A stretch of 24,742 nucleotides of DNA from Elusimicrobiota bacterium (GCA_041486625.1 JBGPLV010000001.1:1-24742); one strand, 5' to 3'. Counted from the first letter of the stretch, positions 1 through 9,348 are shown. Numbers and translations are program-made. Notes: a model not told the origin generated them from the sequence alone.

Positions 1-1
1 G

Positions 2-1246
2 CCTCTGTTCTTTTGCGGTCCTCATCATCCTTGGGGATCCCGAGGGATCGCGGCCGGGATTTTCCCGCTTTGCTTTTCGCTCGGATACCTGACGCCGCGT
101 CTCGTAGACGCTTACGCCAAAGGTTCTCCTTCGAGAGCCGGGTCGGCTTACGCGTTCAACGTGGCCGGTTGCATCTTGGGGCCTTTGGTGACGTCCTATC
201 TTCTCTTACCGCACCTGAGCGCGAAGGCGGCGATGCTTTTATGGGGCGCCGCGTTCGTAGCCCTTTTTTGGATGTTCGCGCACACGTTAAAACGAAAGGG
301 GGAATTCCAGGCGTGGATGGCCGTGATGGGGGCCTTCTTCATCTATTCCGCGGAGCGGGCGCAGGATTTTGAAACATTTATCTTAAGCCGGGATCCGGCA
401 GCGGTGGTCTACCGCGACGCGGCTGCCTCCACCCTTGCTTTCGGGGAGGGGTTGGATAAGAGGCTCTTCACCAACGGCAGCGGGATGACGGTGCTCACTC
501 CGCTGACAAAAGTCATGGCCCATTTGCCGTTGGCAATGCTTCCGCACGCGCCTGAGAAGGCCCTCGTGATATGCTTCGGGATGGGAACCACGTTCCGCGC
601 GGCCCTCTCATGGGATATCCGCGTAACGGCGGTGGAACTTGTTCCCGGCGTGAAGCGGGCATTCGGCTACTTCTTTTCCGACGCTTCCGATCTTCTGGCG
701 CGGCCGAACGCCCGCGTGGTGATTGACGACGGCCGGCGCTTCTTGCGCCGGACAGAGGAGCGCTATGACCTTATTACGCTCGATCCGCCGCCGCCGCCCG
801 AAGCGGCGGGATCCAGCCTCCTTTACTCGCGGGAGTTTTACGTTGTGGCGCGGGCCCATCTCACCGACGGCGGCATTCTTCAGCAGTGGTTTCCGGCCGG
901 GGAACGTAAGACTCTGGAAGCGGTGGCCCGGTCGCTCCAGGATGTATTCCCGTATGTTTACGTCTATAGGGCTCTGGAGGTAGATTGGGGTTTTCACTTC
1001 CTGGCTTCAAACCGGCCTCTGGCCCCTATGACCGCGGAAAGGCTGGCGGCCCGGCTGCCTCCTAAGGCGCGGCAAGATCTGATGGAATGGCAAAAAGGAG
1101 AAGCGCTTCTTCATGTAGCGCGCCGCATCGTGAACGGCCGCACCCCGGTGGCGGAGTTCTTGCCGAGCGATCCGTCGATAGCCATCACCGATGACCGGCC
1201 CTACAATGAGTATTTTTATCTTCGGAGATGGCGCTCTAGAACTTAA
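2..1246 (+). CDS. Membrane-fused spermidine synthase-like SAM-dependent transferase (5'-partial)
   Basis: The frame is open from base 2, upstream of the listed GTG at 161 (GSAYAFNVAGCILGPL helix). TM segments are followed by the SAM-binding motif LVICFGMGTT, VELVP, DDGRRFL and DLITLDPPPP...LYSREFY. Confidence 0.85.
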   Translation, partial: PLFFCGPHHPWGSRGIAAGIFPLCFSLGYLTPRLVDAYAKGSPSRAGSAYAFNVAGCILGPLVTSYLLLPHLSAKAAMLLWGAAFVALFWMFAHTLKRKGEFQAWMAVMGAFFIYSAERAQDFETFILSRDPAAVVYRDAAASTLAFGEGLDKRLFTNGSGMTVLTPLTKVMAHLPLAMLPHAPEKALVICFGMGTTFRAALSWDIRVTAVELVPGVKRAFGYFFSDASDLLARPNARVVIDDGRRFLRRTEERYDLITLDPPPPPEAAGSSLLYSREFYVVARAHLTDGGILQQWFPAGERKTLEAVARSLQDVFPYVYVYRALEVDWGFHFLASNRPLAPMTAERLAARLPPKARQDLMEWQKGEALLHVARRIVNGRTPVAEFLPSDPSIAITDDRPYNEYFYLRRWRSRT

Positions 1247-1535
1247 AGGCGATGACGGCGAGAAAACGGACGTGTCCGTCGTGAGCGTTGACGATCGGCT
1301 GGAATTCGGTCTGGCTCGGGACTGATACGGTCTGTCCGCGCAGGCTCATCACCCAGCGCAGCACTTTGGTGGGCGTAATGGTTTTGTCTGCACTGGCTTC
1401 CCAGCGGAGGTCCTGCTCATAGGTGGCATCCCTGTCCAGGGTCGTTCTTCCCTGGTTTGAAGAAGAGGCCCAAGCGCTGCCAGTCAGCAGGCTTAATATG
1501 ATAAAACTTAGTATCCGACGAACGGGTGTCTGCAT
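1236..1535 (-). CDS. Small secreted hypothetical protein (99 aa)
   Basis: GAGGA SD upstream, signal peptide ending AWA, C-terminal ...IAFKF. Overlaps the convergent gene by 11 bp. Confidence 0.65.
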   Translation of the reverse strand: MQTPVRRILSFIILSLLTGSAWASSSNQGRTTLDRDATYEQDLRWEASADKTITPTKVLRWVMSLRGQTVSVPSQTEFQPIVNAHDGHVRFLAVIAFKF

Positions 1536-1734
1536 GAAAGTATTCCTCTAATTTCGTATACACCCGATGTTAAGACGTGTCAACACTCAAAAATGTCACG
1601 AAAATGGGGTTCAAAACGAGCTTTATTTTCAGTCTATTTCAGTATTGAATGAATAAGAAATGTTACTGCGAGCGAACCTCGAGGTTCCAAGTAACGGGGT
1701 TGAGAAGGCAAGCGAACGTACAGGGAGGTGTTCC

Positions 1735-2310
1735 ATGAAGCTCAAAACGCTTCATCTCGTGTGTGGATTGGCCTTAACGATGACGGTGTGGCTCCCGCTG
1801 CACGCGGCAGAGCCCGACGCGGACGACACGAAGCTGCAGGTTGAACAGCAGCACATCGACAAAGACAAAACCGAGAAGACGGACGACCAGAAAGTGGATG
1901 CCCTGGCCAAGCAGTTCAGTGTGCCGGAATCCACGGTGCAGGATCTGCGCAATAAGGGCCAAGGATGGGGAGAAATTACGATTGGATTGGCGACGGCGCA
2001 AGAGCTCGCTAAAACCGATCCCAAAACCTATCCGACTCTGGCTGACGCCCTGACCAAAGTGGAATCGATGCGGGCTTCGGGAGAAGGCTGGGGCAAGATC
2101 GCCAAGGATCTGGGTTTTAAGCTGGGACCCGTGGTCAGTGCGGCGCATCACGCTCGCCACGAAACGCATGAGACTCTTCATGAGGAAAGGGCTGAACATA
2201 AGCACCATCATGAAGAACTGGGAGAACATGAACAGGGGGAACGGCTGGAGCATCCTGGCCATCCGGAACACTCTGAACATCCGAACATGCCCGATCGGCC
2301 TGGCCATTAA
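1735..2310 (+). CDS. Secreted hypothetical protein with two GWG(E/K)I motifs and a His/Glu-rich C-terminal tail
   Basis: SD GGGAGGTG before ATG 1735 (preferred over the ORF-track start at 1660), signal peptide ending LHA, His-rich tail. Confidence 0.8.
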   Translation: MKLKTLHLVCGLALTMTVWLPLHAAEPDADDTKLQVEQQHIDKDKTEKTDDQKVDALAKQFSVPESTVQDLRNKGQGWGEITIGLATAQELAKTDPKTYPTLADALTKVESMRASGEGWGKIAKDLGFKLGPVVSAAHHARHETHETLHEERAEHKHHHEELGEHEQGERLEHPGHPEHSEHPNMPDRPGH

Positions 2311-2317
2311 TTCCTGA

Positions 2318-3115
2318 GTGGGCCGCACAAGCCCTCACGCAAGGCTCTGGCTTTGTGGCGTTGCCATGTTCGCGGCGACGGTCGCCGCGGCGACCGACAA
2401 AGCGACGTGGCAGGCGGGGGCTTCCATTTATACGGAAAGCGGCGATTACGGTACAGGTTCGAGGACCACGACCACGTACATCCCGTTCAGCATTCGTCGC
2501 TACTTTGAGCCCGGGGATCTGGAGCTGATTGTTCCCTTGATCAGTGTCACTTCCCAAGGGCAGGTCATTGTGGTGGAGGGGGTCCCCACCCGCCAGGGAA
2601 ATGGGAGAGCGGCGAGCCGCGTGACCCACGGGGGTCTGGGCGACATGGTTTTCAAAGGGCGTTACTATCTCGTTGAAGAGCGTGATTACATTCCTTCTAT
2701 TGATGCCGTAGGCAAGATCAAATTCCCGACCGCTAGCCGTACCAAGGGCTTAGGGACCGGAGAATTTGACGAAGGCGGGAGCCTGGAATTCTCCAAGTCC
2801 ATCGCCGAGCGTTACGTGGCCTTGGCCGATGCCGGCTACGTGATCATCGGCAGCCCGCCGGGCCTGGAGTTACGCAATCAATGGCATTACTCGCTTGGAG
2901 GCGGATATTGTTTCCTGCCTAAGAAGCTCCTGGGAAGTCTCACCTACGAAGAGTACCGGGCCCTTATCGCGGGCGATCCGAACCCGAAGGATCTGCTTCT
3001 GTCCGCCGAATACTTCGCCACACCGCGATTGCGGGTGGACGGCGGGATCATGATCGGCCTCTCCACCACCACCGCCGATTTCGGGATCAACGTCGGCGCC
3101 CACCTGAAGTTCTAG
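2318..3115 (+). CDS. Putative outer-membrane beta-barrel (transporter / MetA-pathway-of-phenol-degradation-like)
   Basis: Signal peptide, alternating hydrophobic strands, GLGD and GLGTGEFD motifs, C-terminal ...VGAHLKF. Confidence 0.7.
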   Translation: MGRTSPHARLWLCGVAMFAATVAAATDKATWQAGASIYTESGDYGTGSRTTTTYIPFSIRRYFEPGDLELIVPLISVTSQGQVIVVEGVPTRQGNGRAASRVTHGGLGDMVFKGRYYLVEERDYIPSIDAVGKIKFPTASRTKGLGTGEFDEGGSLEFSKSIAERYVALADAGYVIIGSPPGLELRNQWHYSLGGGYCFLPKKLLGSLTYEEYRALIAGDPNPKDLLLSAEYFATPRLRVDGGIMIGLSTTTADFGINVGAHLKF

Positions 3116-4590
3116 GACAGGGCGGCCAGGATTTCGTCCAAGGGAATTAGAGCGAACCCCGTGACGCGGTCCGACATGCCGTAGGGCAGAACCAGCTGAT
3201 CGCCATGCACCAACGCTCCACAGGTATAAAGAACATTGGGCACGTAACCTCCCCGCTCACTCCCTTCGGGACGCATCAGTGGTTCTTTCAGGCGTCCGAT
3301 CACCCTGGAAGGATCCTGCCGGTCCAATAGGAAGGCGCCGAGGCAGTATTGCCGCATCGGCCCCACGCCATGGCTCAAGACCAGCCACCCCGCTTCCGTT
3401 TCGATGGGAGAGCCGCAGTTGCCTATCTTCGTGAACTCCCAGGGATAGAGCGGTTCCATGACGCGCCGGGTCTCAGGCCAAAAATGCACGTTGTCGGAGT
3501 AGGTGAGAAAAATGTTCTCTCCGTCCTGCCGAGAGAGCATGGCAAATCGCCCTTGGATCTTGCGCGGGAATAAGGCCATGCCTTTGTTCTGCGCGCCGGG
3601 CCCGTTCAAGGTGGTGAACTTAAAATGCCGGAAGTCCTCTGTGACGAACGACTGCGGGAGCACATTTCGCCCATCGTAGGCGGTGTAGGTCGCGAAGTAA
3701 GTCGTTTTATCGTTCTCCTCCCGGTACGCCACCAGCCGCACGTCCTCGATCCCATTGCTTTGGAGGGGGGTGACGGGAAAAATGACGCATGCCGAAAGGT
3801 CCTGGTCTGACGGAAAGCGGATTTCATAATTGCACTTGGCCAAAAGCCACAGGCCGCCGGCGACGGGATGGTCCTCAAACCGCCGGTGCGGGGCCATATC
3901 CCGAAGGGCATCCCTCAGGCGGTCTCGTAAGTCTGCCAGGGCGAAACTGTCACCGAGCCGGTCCATCACACGGTTCGCCCATTCGCCGGCCAAACCCATT
4001 TCAGCGATTTTGCGCCTAAAAAGCGATTTGTCGTAGGACGGGTTTTCGATGAGTTCTGGCTCGGTCAAAAACCGTGAACCGGGATCCACGGAAATCTTGT
4101 TGTGAGCATCGATGACCCCGCTGCGGAAAGAGATGGAAGAGATGTGGCCTTCCCCCGTCGACCGGAGGCTAAGAAGAAAGCGCAGGGTGCCTGCCGGCAA
4201 ACCGGATTGATCCGGATGGGGAAGGATGGACGGGTTGAAGAGCCCTGCGGATTCGATGGAATATTCGAAGAGAAAATAGGACCCGATCAAAAGTTTCCGA
4301 GTTTTCGATAGGTTGCCGCCGGGGGGCAGGAAATGCTCGAGGTGACCAAACCTCGCCAAAAAGCGCTCGGCCAATGCCCGATGGCGGGAGGAAAACTCCG
4401 CCAAGACGTGGTCCAGCTCCCGGCGAGCATCGGCTTCCGAGAGCGCCAGCACCCGGCGGATGATCCGGATGTATTCTTCATCGGTCCCTAATCGAAAAGG
4501 CCGCAATACAACCCGGTTTTGGTCCGGGGACAGCCGGACGGAGGTCCGGCGAACGGTGATGGTCTTGGAGTGAACGAGGGGCTGTTTCAT
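3112..4590 (-). CDS. Glycoside hydrolase family 130 protein with N-terminal extension
   Basis: FNPS, GIEDVRL, TYTAYDG, NKGMALFPRKI, KIGNCGSPIET, HGVG and VPNVLYTCG motifs. ATG directly follows the stop of the GT4 gene. Confidence 0.9.
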   Translation of the reverse strand: MKQPLVHSKTITVRRTSVRLSPDQNRVVLRPFRLGTDEEYIRIIRRVLALSEADARRELDHVLAEFSSRHRALAERFLARFGHLEHFLPPGGNLSKTRKLLIGSYFLFEYSIESAGLFNPSILPHPDQSGLPAGTLRFLLSLRSTGEGHISSISFRSGVIDAHNKISVDPGSRFLTEPELIENPSYDKSLFRRKIAEMGLAGEWANRVMDRLGDSFALADLRDRLRDALRDMAPHRRFEDHPVAGGLWLLAKCNYEIRFPSDQDLSACVIFPVTPLQSNGIEDVRLVAYREENDKTTYFATYTAYDGRNVLPQSFVTEDFRHFKFTTLNGPGAQNKGMALFPRKIQGRFAMLSRQDGENIFLTYSDNVHFWPETRRVMEPLYPWEFTKIGNCGSPIETEAGWLVLSHGVGPMRQYCLGAFLLDRQDPSRVIGRLKEPLMRPEGSERGGYVPNVLYTCGALVHGDQLVLPYGMSDRVTGFALIPLDEILAALS

Positions 4591-6873
4591 TTAAGCGGGC
4601 ACCGGCTTTTGATAGGCGGCCAGCACATTGTGCGCCTGCTGCATCTCCGCCAGCGAGACGAGGAAGGCCAGGGTGGATTCGGCCCCTTGGTTCTGGTTCA
4701 CCCGGTCCACGTGCAGCCCGTCCCGGCAGCCGCCGGTATTGGGATCGTAGAGGAAAAGGCCCAGGTCGTTCCGTCCCAAAAACCAGTCAAAGGCACGGCG
4801 CGCCTGATTAAACCAGTAATCATCCGAGGTGCACCGATAAGCTTCTAAGCAAGCGGACACCATGGCCTGAACCTCGATGGGTTGTTGGTCAAAATGGGCC
4901 GGGACGCCGCCGCGCTTATAAAAACCATTAGAGCCGATCGGACGGAGATAACCCCCTTCGGCGGTCTGGATTTTGGTGAGCCAGCGCAGAGTCTTCAAAC
5001 CCGTCTCGAGCACATGGGCCCGCGCAGTCGACCGGCCGCTTAAAATCAGCGCATGAGAAAGCCCGGCGTTCATATAGGTGACCGAGTCTTCGAACCAGGG
5101 CCACTCGGGGGCGGCGGTGCGTTCGTAGAGTCCCATTAGAAGGTCCGTCAGGGCGTCCCGCACTTGACTTACCTGACGATCTCCGTTGAACCGGCGCAGG
5201 TATTCGTGGGCGCCCATCAAGGCCAGCGCCCAGGCCCGGGGCGAGCTGAATTCGGTGACCGGAGCGAGCGCTTGCGCGAAAACATGTCCCGCCAGGGCTT
5301 GAAACCCGGCGTTCTTCGACCGGCCCACGCAGGTCCCCAGGGCCAAGAGCGCGCGACCGCAGGAATCCTCGGAGATGGCCTCATCTCTCCAGGACCGGTT
5401 GAATTCCATGACATTGTGAAAACGCCTTAGCTTCGGGTCGAAGGCGTATTGAAGGAAGGCGGCGTAGGTGCTGGCGGCGTTTAATAGACGGGGAGAATCT
5501 TCCCCCAACTCTTCCAGAAGCACCGTCATGATCAGGGCGCGGGCGTTGTCGTCGGTGCAATATCCGGTGGAAAAATTCGGCACGGCCACGATGGCGTGTT
5601 GAAAGAGCCCGGTGGAGTCGGTCATGCGGTAGAGATGGTCGAGCTTCATTTCGGGAAGTTCGGTGAGCTGTTTGTCCAGCGTCTTCACCATGAATAGCTT
5701 TCGCGTCAGGCCGGCCCGTTCGTTCCGGGCTTTTTCAAAGGACTGCATGTAGGAACCCGCCACGTTGCCCCATACCATTTCCCGCCCCATTTTGTAGGCG
5801 TTCTCGCGCATGGCATTGCGCCGGGGATCGTCCGTCAGAAGCCCCGTCACCGCCCGGGCGATGGCGTCCGGGTCGTTGAAGGGAACCAGCACCCCGCGGT
5901 CATCTGCCAAAAGCTCCTGGGCATACCAATAGGGCGTGGACACCACCGCCTTGCCCGCGCCGAAACAGTAGGCCAGCGATCCGGATGTAATCTGGGTCTC
6001 ATTCAAGTAGGGGGTAATGTAGATATCCGCAGCGCCGATGAACTCCTTCAGCTCCGCCAGTTCCACGAACCGGTTGTAAAAGATCACGTTTTTTTGAACG
6101 CCGTTTTTTTCGGCCAAGAGTTCCAGGCTCAAACGGTAAGACTCGCCCGCATCACGCAGAAGGTGCGGATGGGTCGCTCCCAAAATGATGTACACCACGT
6201 TGGGGATCTCGGCCGCGATTTTGGGAAGGGCGTTGAGCACATTCTCAATGCCCTTGTTGGGAGAGAGCAGACCGAACGTCAAAAGCACCTGCTTGCCCTC
6301 CACGCCGAAGAGGTCCTTGTAAAAGCTGGAATCGACGAAGGAGGTTTCCGGAATGCCGTGGGGAATCCTGTCGATCTTGGCGGCAGGCGCCTTGTAAACG
6401 TCCTTCAAGAACCCCTCTCCCTTTTGGGACATCACCACGAGGCGCGTAGACATTTGAATCAGTTCCTTCATCACACGCTTTTGATCGGCGTTGGGCTCTT
6501 TGAGCACGGTGTGCAGCGTGGTCACGATGGGAATGTTCACCTCGCGCAGGAGGGCGAGTAAGTGCCCGCCCGCTGTTCCACCGTAGATGCCGAACTCATG
6601 CTGAACGCTGATCACGTCCACGTCGCTGATGCTCAAAAAATCCGCCGCCCGTCGGTAGGACGCCAGGTTCTGTTCCTCAATTTCAAAGCGGACCTCCGGG
6701 GGGTAGTCGTACCCTTCCTCCACGTCGTTCACGGGGACGGAAAAGCACTGTACCTTGGGAAACTGGACCGCCACGGAGGTGCACAAATCCGTCGTGAAGG
6801 TGGCGATGCCGCACCTCCGCGGCAGGTAATCCCCCAAAAAGGCGATGGTTCTGATCTCAGAGCGAGGTTTCAT
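4591..6873 (-). CDS. Glycosyltransferase family 4 fused to a C-terminal (alpha/alpha)6 glycosidase-like domain
   Basis: PRRCGIATFT, QHEFGIYGG, FGLLSPNKGIE and PY...QITSGSL...GKAVVSTPY motifs; C-terminal GLFQHA...YCTDDNARAL and NQNQGAESTLA. ATG 6873 preferred; GTG 6876 is the alternative start. Confidence 0.92.
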   Translation of the reverse strand: MKPRSEIRTIAFLGDYLPRRCGIATFTTDLCTSVAVQFPKVQCFSVPVNDVEEGYDYPPEVRFEIEEQNLASYRRAADFLSISDVDVISVQHEFGIYGGTAGGHLLALLREVNIPIVTTLHTVLKEPNADQKRVMKELIQMSTRLVVMSQKGEGFLKDVYKAPAAKIDRIPHGIPETSFVDSSFYKDLFGVEGKQVLLTFGLLSPNKGIENVLNALPKIAAEIPNVVYIILGATHPHLLRDAGESYRLSLELLAEKNGVQKNVIFYNRFVELAELKEFIGAADIYITPYLNETQITSGSLAYCFGAGKAVVSTPYWYAQELLADDRGVLVPFNDPDAIARAVTGLLTDDPRRNAMRENAYKMGREMVWGNVAGSYMQSFEKARNERAGLTRKLFMVKTLDKQLTELPEMKLDHLYRMTDSTGLFQHAIVAVPNFSTGYCTDDNARALIMTVLLEELGEDSPRLLNAASTYAAFLQYAFDPKLRRFHNVMEFNRSWRDEAISEDSCGRALLALGTCVGRSKNAGFQALAGHVFAQALAPVTEFSSPRAWALALMGAHEYLRRFNGDRQVSQVRDALTDLLMGLYERTAAPEWPWFEDSVTYMNAGLSHALILSGRSTARAHVLETGLKTLRWLTKIQTAEGGYLRPIGSNGFYKRGGVPAHFDQQPIEVQAMVSACLEAYRCTSDDYWFNQARRAFDWFLGRNDLGLFLYDPNTGGCRDGLHVDRVNQNQGAESTLAFLVSLAEMQQAHNVLAAYQKPVPA

Positions 6874-6880
6874 CACTTAG

Positions 6881-6886
6881 ATGATA
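6881..6886 (-). promoter_or_regulatory. -10 element (TATCAT) of the GT4-GH130 operon, leaderless spacing
   Basis: TATCAT-ctaagtg-ATG on the minus strand, with no SD. Confidence 0.5.
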
Positions 6887-6974
6887 GCCTATCGGCAGGG
6901 ACAGCGTGCTCGAAATCTCAATTTCTCATTGAAATCAGGCCTTTTTCGATGTATTCCTATCGCGAGGCTTTTTC

Positions 6975-7352
6975 ATGGCGAAAATCTTAGTAGTGGATGA
7001 CGACAAAAGCATTGTCGACCTGCTGCAGGCGCTCTTGACCCACAAAGGTCACGAAGTTTACATCGCGATGGATGGCAAAGCGGGGCTGGCCGCGGCCAGG
7101 CAGGAGAAGCCCGATCTCATCATCCTGGACGTGATGATGCCGGAAATGGATGGGTTCACGGTCAGCGGGCTGCTCTTTCAGGATCCGTCCATGAGGATGA
7201 TCCCGGTACTGATCCTCACCGCCCAGGGACACACGCGCAATATTTTTGAGCTGGTGCCGAACGTCCGTTTCTACATCCATAAACCCTTCGGGCCTCAGGA
7301 CCTGCTCGAAAAAGTCCGGACGCTGCTGCAAACCCAATCCAAAGCCGCCTGA
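6975..7352 (+). CDS. Single-domain response regulator (receiver only)
   Basis: ILVVDDD, PDLIILDVMMPEMDG, ILTA and YIHKPF motifs. Confidence 0.93.
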   Translation: MAKILVVDDDKSIVDLLQALLTHKGHEVYIAMDGKAGLAAARQEKPDLIILDVMMPEMDGFTVSGLLFQDPSMRMIPVLILTAQGHTRNIFELVPNVRFYIHKPFGPQDLLEKVRTLLQTQSKAA

Positions 7353-7504
7353 GCCCCATCCGTACCTGGGGCGATGGCCCCTGCTCCTTAGAAAATAGGA
7401 TCCAGGGACCTAAATTCGCTGACCACACCACGTACCGCGCCGTTCGATTACGCTAAATACCGGTCACTTTAGGCCGGGCTCCACCGACGCACAGAAAATC
7501 AAGA

Positions 7505-7510
7505 TATAAT
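7505..7510 (+). promoter_or_regulatory. -10 element (TATAAT), leaderless spacing
   Basis: TATAAT-gggcc-ATG(7516). Confidence 0.55.
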
Positions 7511-7515
7511 GGGCC

Positions 7516-7716
7516 ATGGGAGAAGAGTTAGCCCTCGTCATTCTGTGGGTCGCGCTGTCCCTCGTGGGATTGTGGGCCCTTCTCCGGTTCCTCCCGATCC
7601 TGATTAAGTTTTTCGTGCGGGAATTCCGTGAAGCGAAGAATAAAGGCGTCGATCCGGAAACGGAAACGATGACGATCAAAGTGAAAAAGGAAGCCAAGGG
7701 AGAAAAAATCAAATGA
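7516..7716 (+). CDS. Small single-TM protein (66 aa)
   Basis: Hydrophobic N-terminal helix with a charged tail; ATGA overlap with the SPFH gene. Confidence 0.7.
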   Translation: MGEELALVILWVALSLVGLWALLRFLPILIKFFVREFREAKNKGVDPETETMTIKVKKEAKGEKIK

Positions 7717-8585
7717 GCGAGTGGCGAAACGGCGATCCTGAGATTTCCGCCATTTTCAAAAACGCGGCTGTCCTGGTGTGGGCGGTCGCGTCTCTGGCCG
7801 GCTTGGCGGCGATCTTATCCAGCGCGGTGTATATCCCGGCGGGGTTCGAGGGCGTCAAATTCAACGTGTTGACCGGCCATGTCGCCGGCGTGACGCTCAA
7901 GCAGGGATGGCAACTGCGCCTGCCCTTCATTACCAAGGTCGCCGTCTACGATTGCCGGCGCAAGGATTACACGATGTCCGCCAATGCGAATGAAGGCCAG
8001 TACAAGGGCCAATCGGACACGAACTGGTGTCCGACCTCCGATGGAAACTCCGTAGGTTTAGATATGACCGTTTGGTACCGCATCCCCGCCAACAGCGCGC
8101 CCAAAGTCTATTTGAACCTGGGCGATCAAGAATGGTGCGAGGAGCACGTCATTCGCCCGATTATCCGAAACGCCATTCGCCTGACAGTGGCCAAATACAC
8201 CGCGCCCGAAATCTATGGACCGAAACGCACCGAAGTCCAGGACAGAATCAAGGACCTCATCGCCAAATCCCTCACGGATGACGGGTATTTCATCTTGGAT
8301 GGCGACGGCGTGTTCTTGCGGGACGTGCATTTGACGGAATCCTATCAGCGAAGCATTGAAGAGAAGGTCGCTGCCCAGCAGGCGATCCAAAGGAAGCAGT
8401 ACGAAGTGGAACAAGCCAAGCAGGAGGCGCTCGCGATCCGCATCAAAAACGAGGCCCTATCGTCCGCGAAGAGTTATCTGCAGCTCCGTACGATCGAGAT
8501 GCTTGAAAAGAAAGATTTCAAGGTGATGGTCGTACCCCAAAGCCAGGGTCTCATCTTGAACCTCCAGGACGACCGCCAGAAATGA
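7713..8585 (+). CDS. SPFH / prohibitin (band 7) family membrane protein
   Basis: N-terminal TM helix, GWQLRLPFI, TSDGNSVGLDMTVWYRI, LRDVHLTESY...IEEKVAAQQ coiled coil. Confidence 0.92.
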   Translation: MSEWRNGDPEISAIFKNAAVLVWAVASLAGLAAILSSAVYIPAGFEGVKFNVLTGHVAGVTLKQGWQLRLPFITKVAVYDCRRKDYTMSANANEGQYKGQSDTNWCPTSDGNSVGLDMTVWYRIPANSAPKVYLNLGDQEWCEEHVIRPIIRNAIRLTVAKYTAPEIYGPKRTEVQDRIKDLIAKSLTDDGYFILDGDGVFLRDVHLTESYQRSIEEKVAAQQAIQRKQYEVEQAKQEALAIRIKNEALSSAKSYLQLRTIEMLEKKDFKVMVVPQSQGLILNLQDDRQK

Positions 8586-8596
8586 AGTGATCGGCT

Positions 8597-8624
8597 ATCG
8601 GCTCAGCCGATTGGCCCGGGCCAA
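8597..8624. repeat. Two abutting palindromes
   Basis: ATCGGCT-C-AGCCGAT (8597-8611) and the perfect 14-mer TTGGCCCGGGCCAA (8611-8624). Confidence 0.7.
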
Positions 8625-8660
8625 ACTCCGCAACGCCCCCGAAACCCCTCCAGTCCGAAC

Positions 8661-8733
8661 GTCAAAGGCCCCCGAATTCCAGCGGAGCGGCTACACGATT
8701 TTAGCCCTGAGGCGGGGTTCGGGGGCCTTTGAC
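8661..8733. repeat. 73-bp element with perfect 16-bp terminal inverted repeats
   Basis: GTCAAAGGCCCCCGAA (8661-8676) pairs with TTCGGGGGCCTTTGAC (8718-8733); inner GGCTA/TAGCC hairpin. Confidence 0.85.
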
Positions 8734-8783
8734 AGAACCCAATTTTGGCCGTTTCAGCAGGGGTAAACAGGTCCATTTTGATC

Positions 8784-8800
8784 TGGTGCCCGAGGAGGGA
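8784..8800 (-). other. Orphan tRNA 3'-end fragment (tRNA-Leu-type), att-like site
   Basis: The minus strand reads T-CCCTC-CTCGGGC-A-CCA, i.e. base 60, the 3' T-stem strand, the 3' acceptor strand, discriminator A and CCA. The similarity stops at the T-loop. Confidence 0.7.
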
Positions 8801-8815
8801 GTTTAGGAAAAAGTA

Positions 8816-9103
8816 TTATGCCGCTTTGCGAAGCTCTAGGCGGATGGTCTTTTCGAGGAGAGTATGGATCAGGGTTTGATAGGGGACGTGCTTCTTCATC
8901 GCCAGATGTTTGACTGCCTGGAGCAAGGATTCATGAAGGCGAATAGAAATAAGACGTTTCTTGAGCTTGGACAAAAACTCCACCCGGGTCGGTCGGAAAT
9001 CATAATCTAGCGGACTGTGGTGGTCCCAAAAATCCGCTTCTTGCTCCATCGTTTTAAAGTGAGGGATCGATTTCTTCTTCTTGATCATCGTTTTTTTAAC
9101 CAT
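8816..9103 (-). CDS. BrnA / CopG-family antitoxin
   Basis: IPHFKTMEQEADFWD N-terminus and ISIRL...VPYQTLI ribbon-helix-helix C-terminus. Overlaps the toxin gene. Confidence 0.85.
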   Translation of the reverse strand: MVKKTMIKKKKSIPHFKTMEQEADFWDHHSPLDYDFRPTRVEFLSKLKKRLISIRLHESLLQAVKHLAMKKHVPYQTLIHTLLEKTIRLELRKAA

Positions 9104-9348
9104 CGTCTTTCACACGCTTCCATGTCTCGGGCAGAGATCACTCGGATCAATCCTTGCCCCAAAGGGATAAAGATCACCACCAGGTATCGTCCAGCCTCGG
9201 TTTGCCCATAGGCGGCGTATCGCCCCAGCCGGCTTCGCAAAAATGCTTTAGCCTGGAGGCAGGCTTCTTCCGCCTCGTCGGGCTGGACCGCATGCTTGGC
9301 AATATGATCTTCATTACCGGAGTCCCATTGAAAATCTCGAATGTACAA
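9085..9348 (-). CDS. BrnT-family ribonuclease toxin
   Basis: FQWDSGNEDHIAKHAV...EAEE, G.T..GRYLVVIF and IRVISARDM motifs. TTG 9348 follows a GGAGGT SD (preferred over 9381). Confidence 0.88.
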   Translation of the reverse strand: MYIRDFQWDSGNEDHIAKHAVQPDEAEEACLQAKAFLRSRLGRYAAYGQTEAGRYLVVIFIPLGQGLIRVISARDMEACERRWLKKR

